Positions 47,413-56,654 of a stretch of DNA of 64,000 bases are shown piece by piece (within the stretch, counting starts at the first letter, position 1; the number at the start of each line of letters is the position of its first letter). Below the pieces are notes generated by a model. That model did not search any database. It was given only the letters and a program-made list of their open reading frames with translations, and was not told the origin of the DNA. This DNA comes from a virus: IMG/VR virus record IMGVR_UViG_3300014137_000003; one strand, given 5' to 3'. Position numbers and translations under genes: made by a program.

Positions 47413-47413
47413 T

Positions 47414-49597
47414 ATGGCTAATTTTTTCGATGAGTTTGGTTCAGAAGAAGAAGCTCTAGAGAACCACCGAGCTAAATCTAACCCACCGGAGTTTGGTGCA
47501 GGACAGGATGATGATTGGTTTATGGGATTGCAGTCTGAAGGTTCCCACATGGATGTAGATAGTTTTGCAGGTTTAAGCAACCCAGGAGGTGGGGGAGGTA
47601 TGCCACCTTTTGGAGGTATGCCGTCTGATAACAATCTACAAAATAACATGAATATGTCTAAGGAAGAGGTAATCTTAGGTCATGTTTGGAAAGGTTTTGT
47701 AGCGTTTTGTAAGCTAATGGGTTCTTTCCTAGCTAATTTGTTTAGCACTATTAAGATTACAAGCCCAGTGGGTTGGAACAATACTTTCGTAATGTTTTCA
47801 AGATATGGTGTCGGTTTGGCAGCTTTTGGGTTATTCTTATATGTTCTAGGGTTCTTTATTACCAGTATTTCCTCTGCTATGTGGTTAGTGGTATTAGGGG
47901 TACTCTGTAGTGTAGTTGGTTTTTCAGGTCGTTTTCTCCTAGTAGGTAAGGCTCTAGCTTGGGTAGAGGAGACTGGTTCACATGCTACAACAACCGATGA
48001 GATTGAAAATAAACCTGCCGATTTCAGTAGTGAGGATTTTCAACCTGAAGAGTCTTTCGAGGAAGAAGAGTTTGATGAAGTTCCTTATTCTGAGGATGAC
48101 TTTGGTGATTACGAAGAATACCCAGAAGAAGATGACGGGGAGTATATTTCACTAGCAGACGTAGCTGATGAGGGGTATACACCTTTAGAGGTAGAAGAAC
48201 CAGAAAGCGTGGACGATGCTATACAGGAACTTGATATGGCTCAACCAGGTATGCAGAGTAGGTTATATTTGCACGAGCAGTTCTCTAAAATTTTACGCTC
48301 TATGACACCAAACTTTTATGATATGGTTGAGATTTATGAAGATACTGAAGTATTTCGTCATTATAACTTCTTACTATCTAATGCAGCTAGTCGTGAAGGT
48401 TTCAATGATGAGGACTATAGGCTTTTAAAAATATATGAAAATAGTTTCATGTATAAGTTAGTTGTAGCAGCCAATGGTAAGTTTAAAGCAGATAAAGTCG
48501 GTAAATCAATTGAAAATCAAGAACGTTACGATGATATGGGTAACGAGGTTGCTCCTAACGTCATGGTTATGACGAAGGAAATTGGGGGTAACGTTCATAT
48601 AGACATACTTAAAAACGAACCACCTAGCTTTAGTGTTAAGGATGTTTGGTCATCTGACCTAAGTTTTATCCAAAATTCAGAAGTTACTATGCCAGTAGCT
48701 TTGGGTTCTGATGAAATGGGTAAACCTATTCTACTTGATTTTTATAATGTAGATGCCGTTGCCTTGAGTGGTATGAAGGGTACTGGTAAATCTTGGTTAG
48801 CTTTGTCGATTATATGTCAGCTTTCTATGTTTAATAGCCCTAACAAGGTGCAGTTTATTATCTCAGACCCTAAGGGGTATCAGGGTGATTTCTTCTCTAT
48901 GGACTTCCCCCACATTATTCAAAAGGTTCAATCTACTGAAGATACTATGAAGGTATTGAGGTGGTTAATGAATGAAGAGGTTCCAAGGCGTAGGGCATTA
49001 CTTGGACAATATAAAATGAGTAATATAAAAGAGTTGCACAAGTTACATCCTGATGTAAATATGCCGTTCCTTTATATCTTCATGGAAGAAATGATGTCTT
49101 TAGGTAACCATCTCCAAAAGAACAACATGGATGAATACAAAGAGTATCGTATGATTATTAGTGAAATAATCAACAACTTGCGTTATATTGGGGTACGCTT
49201 ATTCGGTTTGAGTCAGCGTCTTGTAGACAGTGCTATACCAAAAGACGTTAAAGTGGGTATCGATTTGCGTATGGTAGCAGGTGCGGATGCATCAGAGATT
49301 GAACAAGCTACTGAGACTAAACCAAGGGACTTCCCATACAATATTTCAGGTAAAATTGGTAGGTATGCTATCCGTACACCAGAATATAGGGGTGGTAAGA
49401 CTTCGTTTATGATTGGTGCAATCCTTGGTAGAGATGTTGTAGATAACGGTAATACTTATAGATATATCGAAGCTTTATGGAATAAACTAGAACCTCGTAA
49501 AGAGGAATTAGATGTTAAAGAGGCAGTTTCTCAGGAAATTAAAGATGCAAGTCCTAGTGAGATGGACGATATTCTCAACATGGTAATTGATATCTAG
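47414..49597 (+). CDS. FtsK/SpoIIIE-family DNA translocase / type IV coupling-protein-like ATPase (TcpA/Orf21 type)
   Basis: ATG 47414 has a GGAGG RBS. Gly/Pro/Met-rich N-terminus, three or four TMs and an acidic linker. Then VALGSDEMGKPILLDFYNVDAVALSGMKGTGKSW (Walker A), FIISDPKG, a Walker-B-like PFLYIFMEEMMSL, and GVRLFGLSQR. Confidence 0.8.
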   Translation: MANFFDEFGSEEEALENHRAKSNPPEFGAGQDDDWFMGLQSEGSHMDVDSFAGLSNPGGGGGMPPFGGMPSDNNLQNNMNMSKEEVILGHVWKGFVAFCKLMGSFLANLFSTIKITSPVGWNNTFVMFSRYGVGLAAFGLFLYVLGFFITSISSAMWLVVLGVLCSVVGFSGRFLLVGKALAWVEETGSHATTTDEIENKPADFSSEDFQPEESFEEEEFDEVPYSEDDFGDYEEYPEEDDGEYISLADVADEGYTPLEVEEPESVDDAIQELDMAQPGMQSRLYLHEQFSKILRSMTPNFYDMVEIYEDTEVFRHYNFLLSNAASREGFNDEDYRLLKIYENSFMYKLVVAANGKFKADKVGKSIENQERYDDMGNEVAPNVMVMTKEIGGNVHIDILKNEPPSFSVKDVWSSDLSFIQNSEVTMPVALGSDEMGKPILLDFYNVDAVALSGMKGTGKSWLALSIICQLSMFNSPNKVQFIISDPKGYQGDFFSMDFPHIIQKVQSTEDTMKVLRWLMNEEVPRRRALLGQYKMSNIKELHKLHPDVNMPFLYIFMEEMMSLGNHLQKNNMDEYKEYRMIISEIINNLRYIGVRLFGLSQRLVDSAIPKDVKVGIDLRMVAGADASEIEQATETKPRDFPYNISGKIGRYAIRTPEYRGGKTSFMIGAILGRDVVDNGNTYRYIEALWNKLEPRKEELDVKEAVSQEIKDASPSEMDDILNMVIDI

Positions 49598-49605
49598 GGG
49601 GTATT

Positions 49606-50457
49606 ATGGTAGAAGTTTTATTAGAAACGAGTATAGGTCAGTTGTCTAACGACCTATATTCTTCTATAAATTGGTCTAAGGTTGGTCTTAAGAGTTTTAA
49701 GGAGTTTAAAAACTCTATATTTCGAGAATTTGAAGAACGGGAACTTAGGTTCAATATTCAATATGAAAAAGTTACTCCTTTTGCTAATCAGCAAATAGAG
49801 ATTGAATACATCAATGAGGTACAGTTTGTCGGAGAAGAGGAAGAGTTCAACCTTGATATGTTTAATCTCTTCGACGAGGAAAATACTTCCGACGATGCTC
49901 TTTCTGTAGAAAATCTTAAGATAGAAAAGTCTCAAGTAGAAAATTTAGTTCTAAAGACTACCGAAGACGGTTTCGATTACTATGGGGTAGATTTGGAAGA
50001 CGGGGAAGACGAAGATGATACTTTTGATAATTCGATTGAGGAAGGTGTCTCAGAAGTTTCCGCCCCAGAAGAGGTTGTTTATGTAGAAGAGGAAAAGATG
50101 ATAGAAGAGGAAGAGTTGGTAAATGAACCATCTTCTAACATCGTTTTGGAGGAACCAACTAAGATTGTTTCCTCAGTTAAAGATGACCCTTTCTCTTCTG
50201 TAGACGACTTGTTAAACTCTGTAGATGAGTCAACTATTATGGGTACTAAATCAGTAGTATCTAAACGTGCTCCTACTAAGGAGAGACCTAGAACTCGTGA
50301 AATCACTTATCACGAGGGTATGTCATTAAGGCAATTCTTAAGAGAAAATCCTAGGTCAACTATGGAAGTTGCAGAAAAGTATTTCACTAGACGTGATATT
50401 ATGAAAGAGATACAGCTTGGTCGTGTTATAAAACGTGGTCAGAAGCTATTTATTTAA
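49606..50457 (+). CDS. acidic protein with C-terminal basic helix-turn-helix-like region
   Basis: Contains DGFDYYGVDLEDGEDEDD (the same motif as in the 21810-23237 product). The C-terminus MSLRQFLRENPRSTMEVAEKYFTRRDIMKEIQLGRVIKRGQKLFI looks winged-helix-like. Confidence 0.6.
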   Translation: MVEVLLETSIGQLSNDLYSSINWSKVGLKSFKEFKNSIFREFEERELRFNIQYEKVTPFANQQIEIEYINEVQFVGEEEEFNLDMFNLFDEENTSDDALSVENLKIEKSQVENLVLKTTEDGFDYYGVDLEDGEDEDDTFDNSIEEGVSEVSAPEEVVYVEEEKMIEEEELVNEPSSNIVLEEPTKIVSSVKDDPFSSVDDLLNSVDESTIMGTKSVVSKRAPTKERPRTREITYHEGMSLRQFLRENPRSTMEVAEKYFTRRDIMKEIQLGRVIKRGQKLFI

Positions 50458-50475
50458 TTTTGAAGGTATGGTATA

Positions 50476-50775
50476 ATGGAAGTTACAAAAATAAAATATT
50501 TTCCTATTGAGAGGACGTCTGAGACTCATCCTCTAGTTGCTTGTTCAATTACTTTTGACGATGTATTCATGATACATGATGTCAAGGTGTTCTCTGGGGG
50601 TATTGTTGTAATGCCACAGAGGGGTAGGGATAAGTCATCTAGTAACAGTAGGTCTAGCAGGGACTTGTGTCACCCCATTGATAGGGATTTCTTCTTCAAG
50701 TTGAAGGGTATCGTTATTGAGGGGTATAATTCTTATTTGGAGACAGGGGAAGCATGTTTCTTCCCTAGTAAGTGA
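50476..50775 (+). CDS. spoVG: SpoVG-family protein
   Basis: MEVTKIKYFPIERTSETHPLVACSITFDDVFMIHDVKVFSGGIVVMPQRG...DLCHPIDRDF matches the SpoVG pattern (..A.ASITFDD.FV.HD.KV..G..v.MPsR....fRDi.HPi). Confidence 0.8.
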   Translation: MEVTKIKYFPIERTSETHPLVACSITFDDVFMIHDVKVFSGGIVVMPQRGRDKSSSNSRSSRDLCHPIDRDFFFKLKGIVIEGYNSYLETGEACFFPSK

Positions 50776-50776
50776 T

Positions 50777-50923
50777 ATGTATAAGTATTCATGTCCACGG
50801 TCTAGTTTAAAAGAAGACCGTATATGTTTGTCGTGTAAGGAAGAGTACACAGCTATAATAGAGGATTTAAATGCAGGTGTTTGTCCTAATTGCTTTAGCG
50901 AAAATACAGATATTTTAGAGTAG
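50777..50923 (+). CDS. 48-aa zinc-ribbon protein
   Basis: The ATG at 50777 lies 1 nt after the spoVG-like stop. Encodes MYKYSCPRSSLKEDRICLSCKEEY..GVCPNCFSE (C..CxxC..CxxC). Confidence 0.5.
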   Translation: MYKYSCPRSSLKEDRICLSCKEEYTAIIEDLNAGVCPNCFSENTDILE

Positions 50924-50934
50924 GAGTTGTTATT

Positions 50935-52518
50935 TTGGGTAGAAGAAAAGAAGTAAAATATTATGGAAACCATTTGATTGGTGATTATCTCACCGAGCGT
51001 CAGGCTCAGATGTTGTTAAAACTGCAACAAGTGTCTGAGGGGCAAGGGGGTATCGAAGAACTTAGGCACATGGCTGATGAGCTAACAGATGAACAAGTCG
51101 ATGAAATCATCGAAGCTAGGGATTCTGATGTTGTTGCTCCAGAGGATAGAAAGCAAGGAACTCTGACAGACCTTCAAACGGTGGGGGTATCTTTTATGTA
51201 CGTTTCTAAGCGTATGATTTTAGGGGATTCAGTTGGTATGGGTAAGACGGTACAAGTTTCTAGTCTTATTAAGTACCTTACTATGAAGGCTGAGGAAAAA
51301 GGTTTTTCTTTTAATGTATTGTATCTGACAGAAAAGAACCTTACTAGGCAATCTACTAGGGAGTTAATTAAGTTTAGTGGTCTTTACTTTGAGGAGCTTG
51401 GTGGGGAGAAGGATAAAATTCTTAAATTTAGCCAACGTAATGAGCTTATGTCTGTAAATGTCTGTGGAAATCACTCACTAATGAGTCACCCTCTATTCCA
51501 TGCTTGGTGTGACCAGTACGAAGATTACTATGGGTATTTCCCATTTGATATGATTGTTGTAGATGAGTCAGGTTCTGTTCTAACTAATGATAAAACTACA
51601 AAGTTCAAGTCGGGTAGGCTTTTGGCTGATAAGGCTGATTATGTTATTTTAATGAATGCAGGGTCTTTCGAGAATGCTTTAGATAAGTTTAGAGCTCAAT
51701 TAGACTTTGTAGATCCTACTTTCTTATTTACTAAGACGGAGTTTCAGAGAAGGTACCAGGAGTTAGATTGGTCGTTTGGTCGCCCTCAGTTTAGGGGTAA
51801 GTACAAAAATGCCGAAGATTTTCGTGAAAAGATAGCTTTAAGGTATTTAAAACGTACTCGTGAGGGTCAAGGAGCTCAGATGATTGGTTGTACTGCAGAA
51901 TTAATAGAGGTGGGTACTTCTAAAATTCAGAAGCAAATACTTCGTAAATCATCTATGCCTCATATGGCATTGGATTGTCCTTCTTATTGGGATGATCATA
52001 TTGAGTACAATGCTGAAAATGTTCCAAAAGCAGGAGCATTACTAGACTTGTTGAACGGAAAGCTCAAAGGGGTAGAACAAGTTCTTATTTACACCACCTT
52101 GAAAGAACCTCATAAGCATCTAAAACGTTTCCTAGAAGCTAACGGATTTAAGTCTGAGATTATGAATGGTAGTACACCTATTAATGTTAGAAATGAAATT
52201 ATCGATGCCTTTAAACGTAAGGATATTCGTATCTTGATTACTAATGTTCAGCGTGGATTGAACTTTGGGGCTTGTAACCATTGTATCTTCTACAACTATG
52301 ATGGCAACCCTAATAATATGGTTCAGTTCGAAGGTCGTATTACACGGGACTTTAATATTGTAGATAAGCACGTTTATATGATTGTAACTAGGGGTGATGA
52401 GAAGCGTAAGCTATTATCTGAAATCTCTAGACGTGCTGAGGCAAGTAGTGAGTTTGCAGGTAGGGACTTCTCCATGGTATTGGATTTGCTTAAAGAACAT
52501 GCAAATAAGAAGAAATAG
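50935..52518 (+). CDS. SNF2/RAD54-family helicase-like ATPase
   Basis: LTDLQTVGVSFM (Q-like), ILGDSVGMGKTVQ (motif I), MIVVDESGS (motif II), and a helicase-C region ..ILITNVQRGLNFGACNHCIFYNYDGNPNNMVQFEGRITR. TTG start with a TAGGAG RBS. Confidence 0.8.
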   Translation: MGRRKEVKYYGNHLIGDYLTERQAQMLLKLQQVSEGQGGIEELRHMADELTDEQVDEIIEARDSDVVAPEDRKQGTLTDLQTVGVSFMYVSKRMILGDSVGMGKTVQVSSLIKYLTMKAEEKGFSFNVLYLTEKNLTRQSTRELIKFSGLYFEELGGEKDKILKFSQRNELMSVNVCGNHSLMSHPLFHAWCDQYEDYYGYFPFDMIVVDESGSVLTNDKTTKFKSGRLLADKADYVILMNAGSFENALDKFRAQLDFVDPTFLFTKTEFQRRYQELDWSFGRPQFRGKYKNAEDFREKIALRYLKRTREGQGAQMIGCTAELIEVGTSKIQKQILRKSSMPHMALDCPSYWDDHIEYNAENVPKAGALLDLLNGKLKGVEQVLIYTTLKEPHKHLKRFLEANGFKSEIMNGSTPINVRNEIIDAFKRKDIRILITNVQRGLNFGACNHCIFYNYDGNPNNMVQFEGRITRDFNIVDKHVYMIVTRGDEKRKLLSEISRRAEASSEFAGRDFSMVLDLLKEHANKKK

Positions 52519-52575
52519 GACTGGCTCAGGTCAGTTCTTTTCTATATAATGTCTATTTATTTTATTTATGGGGTA

Positions 52576-52584
52576 TGTTATAAT
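52576..52584 (+). promoter_or_regulatory. extended -10 promoter element (TGtTATAAT)
   Basis: Read directly, about 25 nt upstream of the small ORF at 52610. Confidence 0.4.
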
Positions 52585-52609
52585 AGTACAAAAGTTATGG
52601 AGTAGTATT

Positions 52610-52690
52610 ATGCCTATAAAATTTAAAATGTTGAAGATGGGCATATGTGCCACAGGTGGGTATGTGGGAGGCTTAGGGGGTATATCCTAA
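52610..52690 (+). CDS. 26-aa Gly-rich peptide (speculative)
   Basis: GGAG RBS. Encodes MPIKFKMLKMGICATGGYVGGLGGIS; sits between a promoter and the next operon. Confidence 0.25.
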   Translation: MPIKFKMLKMGICATGGYVGGLGGIS

Positions 52691-52708
52691 CTGTTAAGAA
52701 AGGTTAAA

Positions 52709-52954
52709 ATGAAATTATCGTTAAAATATGTGAAAGTTATTATGGATTTCTTGTCTAGTAGTGGTCAGGGTCTTGAAGTAGTAAATGATTTGCTTATTGT
52801 CTCTCCTAAAGAGTGGCATTTTTCTTACACTGACTTAGATGGGAAAATCTATGATTGTGTGGTATTAGAGAAGAAGGCAGACTTATCGGATTTAAGTGTT
52901 ATCTTTAGCTCTGATATTTACAACCTAGTTATAGCTCTAAGGAAGGAGGGGTAG
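52709..52954 (+). CDS. hypothetical protein (81 aa)
   Basis: ORF with an aaagg RBS. Confidence 0.5.
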   Translation: MKLSLKYVKVIMDFLSSSGQGLEVVNDLLIVSPKEWHFSYTDLDGKIYDCVVLEKKADLSDLSVIFSSDIYNLVIALRKEG

Positions 52955-52958
52955 TTAG

Positions 52959-53747
52959 ATGAAACTACATTTCGAAGAATGTCCTCATAATTGTAATGCT
53001 AATGGTCAACTTTTTGATAGGGCATTAGGTCGTTTTATAAATTGTCCTTACTGTGAGGAAAAACGTAAAGAAGCTATCGAGAGCGGAGTTGTAGATGAGA
53101 GTGAAGAAAGTAAAAGTATTCACGAGGAGTTAGGTTTTTCTGATAAATACTTAACTTCTTATTTTGATTTCGATTTACTAATTCCAGACATGGAAAAACC
53201 TTTAATCGACCAAGAGTCTTATGCTAGTGTTAGGGATGCTCTTAATGACCTTCGTGGTACGTTATCAAGGGGTGAGATGCCTAGTAAGTCTATGTGTTTT
53301 GGCTTGGCTAGGAAGGGGTATGCTGATAGATTAGCTTTCCCTATGTTAGCTTTAGCTTACGAGAAGGGGCTAGGAAGTGGTAAGTTCTTATCCAGTAGGG
53401 TATATTATTCCTATTACATTAAAGACAAGGACTTACAGGAGTACTATGATTTAGACCTTTTGTTTGTACTAGTTAATTCAGGTTCATCTTATAAGGAGCT
53501 AATGTGTATTCGTGGGCTGATGGAGGCTCGAGCGGTAGCTAATAAACCTACTATTTTTGTAACAAATAACGACATCGATGAGTGTTTGCTACTGTTGGGT
53601 AGTGTTGATGATGAAAGCTATTATTTAGCAAGTCCTTACTTTATTGAACGTACCAAAACTAAAGATAGTCACTCTTATGCATCCGATAATCTAAGGGGTA
53701 CGGGCGTAGGCTTGGGTATCTCTATGGATGATTTGCATGACCTATAG
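52959..53747 (+). CDS. zinc-finger protein with DnaI/DnaC-loader-like layout but degenerate P-loop (speculative)
   Basis: N-terminal CPHNC..CPYC. Later, SMCFGLARKGYADRLAFPMLALAY sits where a loader would carry GxxGxGKT, and DLLFVLVNSG where it would carry DLLILDDLG. Confidence 0.55.
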   Translation: MKLHFEECPHNCNANGQLFDRALGRFINCPYCEEKRKEAIESGVVDESEESKSIHEELGFSDKYLTSYFDFDLLIPDMEKPLIDQESYASVRDALNDLRGTLSRGEMPSKSMCFGLARKGYADRLAFPMLALAYEKGLGSGKFLSSRVYYSYYIKDKDLQEYYDLDLLFVLVNSGSSYKELMCIRGLMEARAVANKPTIFVTNNDIDECLLLLGSVDDESYYLASPYFIERTKTKDSHSYASDNLRGTGVGLGISMDDLHDL

Positions 53748-53820
53748 GGTTTGTAGCGACTGTTTATGGCTACACACTTTTAGACGAGTCATCTTATAAA
53801 AAGTAAATCTACAATAAGCA

Positions 53821-53844
53821 AAAGCACTTAATTGGTGCTTTTTT
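53821..53844 (+). terminator. rho-independent terminator
   Basis: AAAGCAC-ttaattg-GTGCTTT followed by further T residues. Confidence 0.6.
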
Positions 53845-53929
53845 CTATTACCAGATACTTGTTTTATTCCTCGATATTTTATATACTATTTATAGGTCTT
53901 TTATATTTTATATTTTGAAAGGAGTTTTT

Positions 53930-55969
53930 ATGTCCAATAAAAACTTAGATAGCTATGGTATTGATAGCTTGAAGAAGCTGAAGGGTGCAGAACCTATTCG
54001 TAAACGTCCAGCCTCTATGTTAGGTAGTGAAGGTCTTGATGGTGCGAAACACACCTTTTGGGAAATTGTAGGTAATGCTTTCGATGAAGTTTCATCGGGG
54101 TATGGTGACCGAATTGAAATTAGGTTTTACCCAGAAGATGGCTCGATTTCTGTACGAGATTTCGGTCGTGGTGTTCCTCTTACTTGGTCTGAGAAGGAAC
54201 AGGACTGGGGTTGGTCTATCGTTTATAACACTCTCTATGCAGGGGGTAAAATGGATGACCCTAAAACAGTGCTTATCGGTTTCGATGACTGGGACAACTT
54301 TAAATTCTCTAACTATTCTTATCTAGCATCTATTGGATTGAATGGGGTAGGGGCAGCTTGTTCTCAGTTTACTTCAGAATACTTTGATGTAGTTTCTTAC
54401 CGTGATGGGAAAGAGTACTCTATGCACTTTGAGAAAGGTTATCCAGCTTGGGAAGAGTTGCATGTTGCTGAACAAACCCAACCAAATGGTACATTTGTAA
54501 AATGGAAACCTGATGCAGAGGTATTTACGGATGTAAACATTACTTTTGCTTGGCTTAAGTCTGTATGTGAGGATATGTCTTATGTGTCAGGGGTAGATGT
54601 AATTCTGTCTGACGGCAAGAAAGAAATCACTTATTCTGCATCAAACATTAAGGAACATTTAGCAAGTCGTGTTGGTTCTTTTGTTGCTGAGTCTTCTTAT
54701 CTACACCATGAAGACCTTGAAGATAAGGAAGGGAATGTAGTAGGTGTCCTTGTCTGTGAGGCTAATGTAGTAATGTCAGGAAAAGGTGCAGGAGTTCGTT
54801 ACTTCAACAACCAGGTTAAGGTTGTAGGAGGGGTACACGAGGATTATTCTCGTTCTGCTATCGTGAATTTCTATAAAGCTAAAGGTAAAGAACAAGGAAT
54901 CAAATTGCTTGATGGGGATATTCTAGGGCAGTACTCTATGATTATCACAACTTTGGCTAATGAAAAATCTTATCGTGGTCAAACTAAGGACTCTATTGAT
55001 AACCCTTATATTGGTGATGCAATTTACTATGCAATTAACAAATTGCTTAGTAATTCTTGGTTAAAAGAAGAAGACTGGTGTAAGAAAATCCTTGAACGTG
55101 CTATCACTTCTGCTACAATTAGGGAAGCAGCTAAGGCAGCTGAAGCTCAAATCAAGGAAGCAAACAAAAAGATTAACAAACCTACTATGCCAGACAAGTT
55201 CGTATCTTGTGAGGCATCACTTAAAGGTAATTATAAAGAAGTTGAACTTTACATTGTAGAGGGGGACTCAGCTAAAGGTTCAACAGTAGCAGCCAGGGAC
55301 TCTAGATTTCAGGCAGTTCTTCCAGTTAGGGGTAAAACTCTGAATACAGCTAAGGCTACAGTTGAAAAGGTGCTTAACAACAAAGAAGCAGTTGAAATTA
55401 TGAATGTTGTTGGGGCTGGTATGACTGTAGAGGAAGAAGGGTACAGTCTCTTCAATTTAGATAATTTAAAAGTTGGTAAGGTTATCCTCATGACCGATGC
55501 CGATGAAGATGGTAAGCACATTAAGGCTTTGCTAGTTACTTTTATTTACAAGTATATGCGTCCTCTCTTGGAAGAAGGTTTAGTTTATCTTGCTAACCCT
55601 CCGAAATACCATGCGAACGGGGTATATTACTATACTGAGGAAGAATTCCAAAAAGCCCGAGAAGAAGGTAAGGTAGGTAAGAAATATGACCGTTATAAAG
55701 GGTTAGGGCAGATGGACCCTCAACCTCTTTGGGATACTACTATGAATCCTGAGACTCGTATCTTAACTCAAGTTAAAATTGATAAGGATGATTTTGAGGC
55801 TGAAAGAGCTATTGAAATCATGTCAGGTTCTGATGCATCCATCCGTAAACAATTTGTACTGGAAGCATTAATGGACGGGGATTACGAGGATTCTTTAGAG
55901 GCGTTAAACGAAGTACTAAAGGAAATGGAGTTCGAGGATGAACTTGAAATCGAAGAAATCTACTACTAG
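53930..55969 (+). CDS. type IIA DNA topoisomerase, ATPase/Toprim subunit (GyrB/ParE-like)
   Basis: GHKL motifs WEIVGNAFDE, VRDFGRGVP and GLNGVGAA. Toprim motifs ELYIVEGDSAKGS, QAVLPVRGKTLN and ILMTDADEDGKHI. Tail YKGLGQMDPQPLWDTTMNPETR. The ATG at 53930 has an AAAGGAG RBS. Confidence 0.85.
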   Translation: MSNKNLDSYGIDSLKKLKGAEPIRKRPASMLGSEGLDGAKHTFWEIVGNAFDEVSSGYGDRIEIRFYPEDGSISVRDFGRGVPLTWSEKEQDWGWSIVYNTLYAGGKMDDPKTVLIGFDDWDNFKFSNYSYLASIGLNGVGAACSQFTSEYFDVVSYRDGKEYSMHFEKGYPAWEELHVAEQTQPNGTFVKWKPDAEVFTDVNITFAWLKSVCEDMSYVSGVDVILSDGKKEITYSASNIKEHLASRVGSFVAESSYLHHEDLEDKEGNVVGVLVCEANVVMSGKGAGVRYFNNQVKVVGGVHEDYSRSAIVNFYKAKGKEQGIKLLDGDILGQYSMIITTLANEKSYRGQTKDSIDNPYIGDAIYYAINKLLSNSWLKEEDWCKKILERAITSATIREAAKAAEAQIKEANKKINKPTMPDKFVSCEASLKGNYKEVELYIVEGDSAKGSTVAARDSRFQAVLPVRGKTLNTAKATVEKVLNNKEAVEIMNVVGAGMTVEEEGYSLFNLDNLKVGKVILMTDADEDGKHIKALLVTFIYKYMRPLLEEGLVYLANPPKYHANGVYYYTEEEFQKAREEGKVGKKYDRYKGLGQMDPQPLWDTTMNPETRILTQVKIDKDDFEAERAIEIMSGSDASIRKQFVLEALMDGDYEDSLEALNEVLKEMEFEDELEIEEIYY

Positions 55970-56468
55970 TTTCCGTGAGAGGGTTAAGGGTTGGCAAGTT
56001 AATCTTGGCACTCTTATTCTTCCAATGGTTATTATTATGTTACTTTTGTCTCTGTACTTGGTAGGAAGAGGTAATCACGCTTTATTCTACAATACTAAGT
56101 ATTTTGAGTCAACTGAGTTGTTGTATAAGAAACCAGATACTTACTCCTTATCTGATATGAAGGTAGACATCAAAAGCACATATTACACAATTAAAGAAGT
56201 TGTTTATGTCTTTAGGTCTGTCGGAACTAAGTTCAATGTATCTGAAGGAATTCTCACTCAGGGGTATTACTTGGGCATGTACGGACCAGTTCTTTGGGTG
56301 GTAGGTGTTTCTTTCCTATACATTGTTTGGGAATTGTTTAAGTGTTTCGCTTATGCGAAAGGAATAAGAGCAAAAATCAAAGAAAATAAATGGTGGGGGC
56401 GTGGATTTGTTCTAGCTTGTATCCTATTTGTAATTCTTGTATTGCAGTTACTCTTCCCTTTACTATAA
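55938..56468 (+). CDS. membrane protein (three TMs), unknown function, between the two topoisomerase genes
   Basis: ORF overlapping the end of the B-subunit gene by 32 nt; hydrophobic segments at the N-terminus, middle and C-terminus. Confidence 0.5.
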   Translation: MNLKSKKSTTSFRERVKGWQVNLGTLILPMVIIMLLLSLYLVGRGNHALFYNTKYFESTELLYKKPDTYSLSDMKVDIKSTYYTIKEVVYVFRSVGTKFNVSEGILTQGYYLGMYGPVLWVVGVSFLYIVWELFKCFAYAKGIRAKIKENKWWGRGFVLACILFVILVLQLLFPLL

Positions 56469-56617
56469 ATAAGTATAGTTCAGAATTTTCGTTAATTTCA
56501 CTAACACTTATTTTAGTATCTTGATTCGTTTTATTTTTAGCCCTTAAAATAGCTATATTTTGGTAGGAATTACTTACATTTTTAGTAGTTAATTCCTTTG
56601 TTTTATAGTTGGTTTAG

Positions 56618-56626
56618 TGGTAAAAT
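56618..56626 (+). promoter_or_regulatory. extended -10 promoter element (TGgTAAAAT)
   Basis: Read directly, about 30 nt upstream of the topoisomerase A-subunit start. Confidence 0.45.
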
Positions 56627-56654
56627 GTAGTATAGAATATTTTTGGAGGTCGTT

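Noticed and set aside
47386-47649. 87-aa minus-strand Pro/Gly-rich ORF
   Set aside because: It is the antisense of the Gly/Pro/Met-rich N-terminus of the FtsK-like gene, so it is a composition artefact.
50469-50477. TGgTATAAT extended -10-like sequence
   Set aside because: Its last bases are the ATG of the SpoVG-like gene, whose N-terminus (MEVTKIKYF) aligns with SpoVG starts. GAAGG upstream serves as the RBS. It is therefore a coincidental match, not the promoter of this gene.
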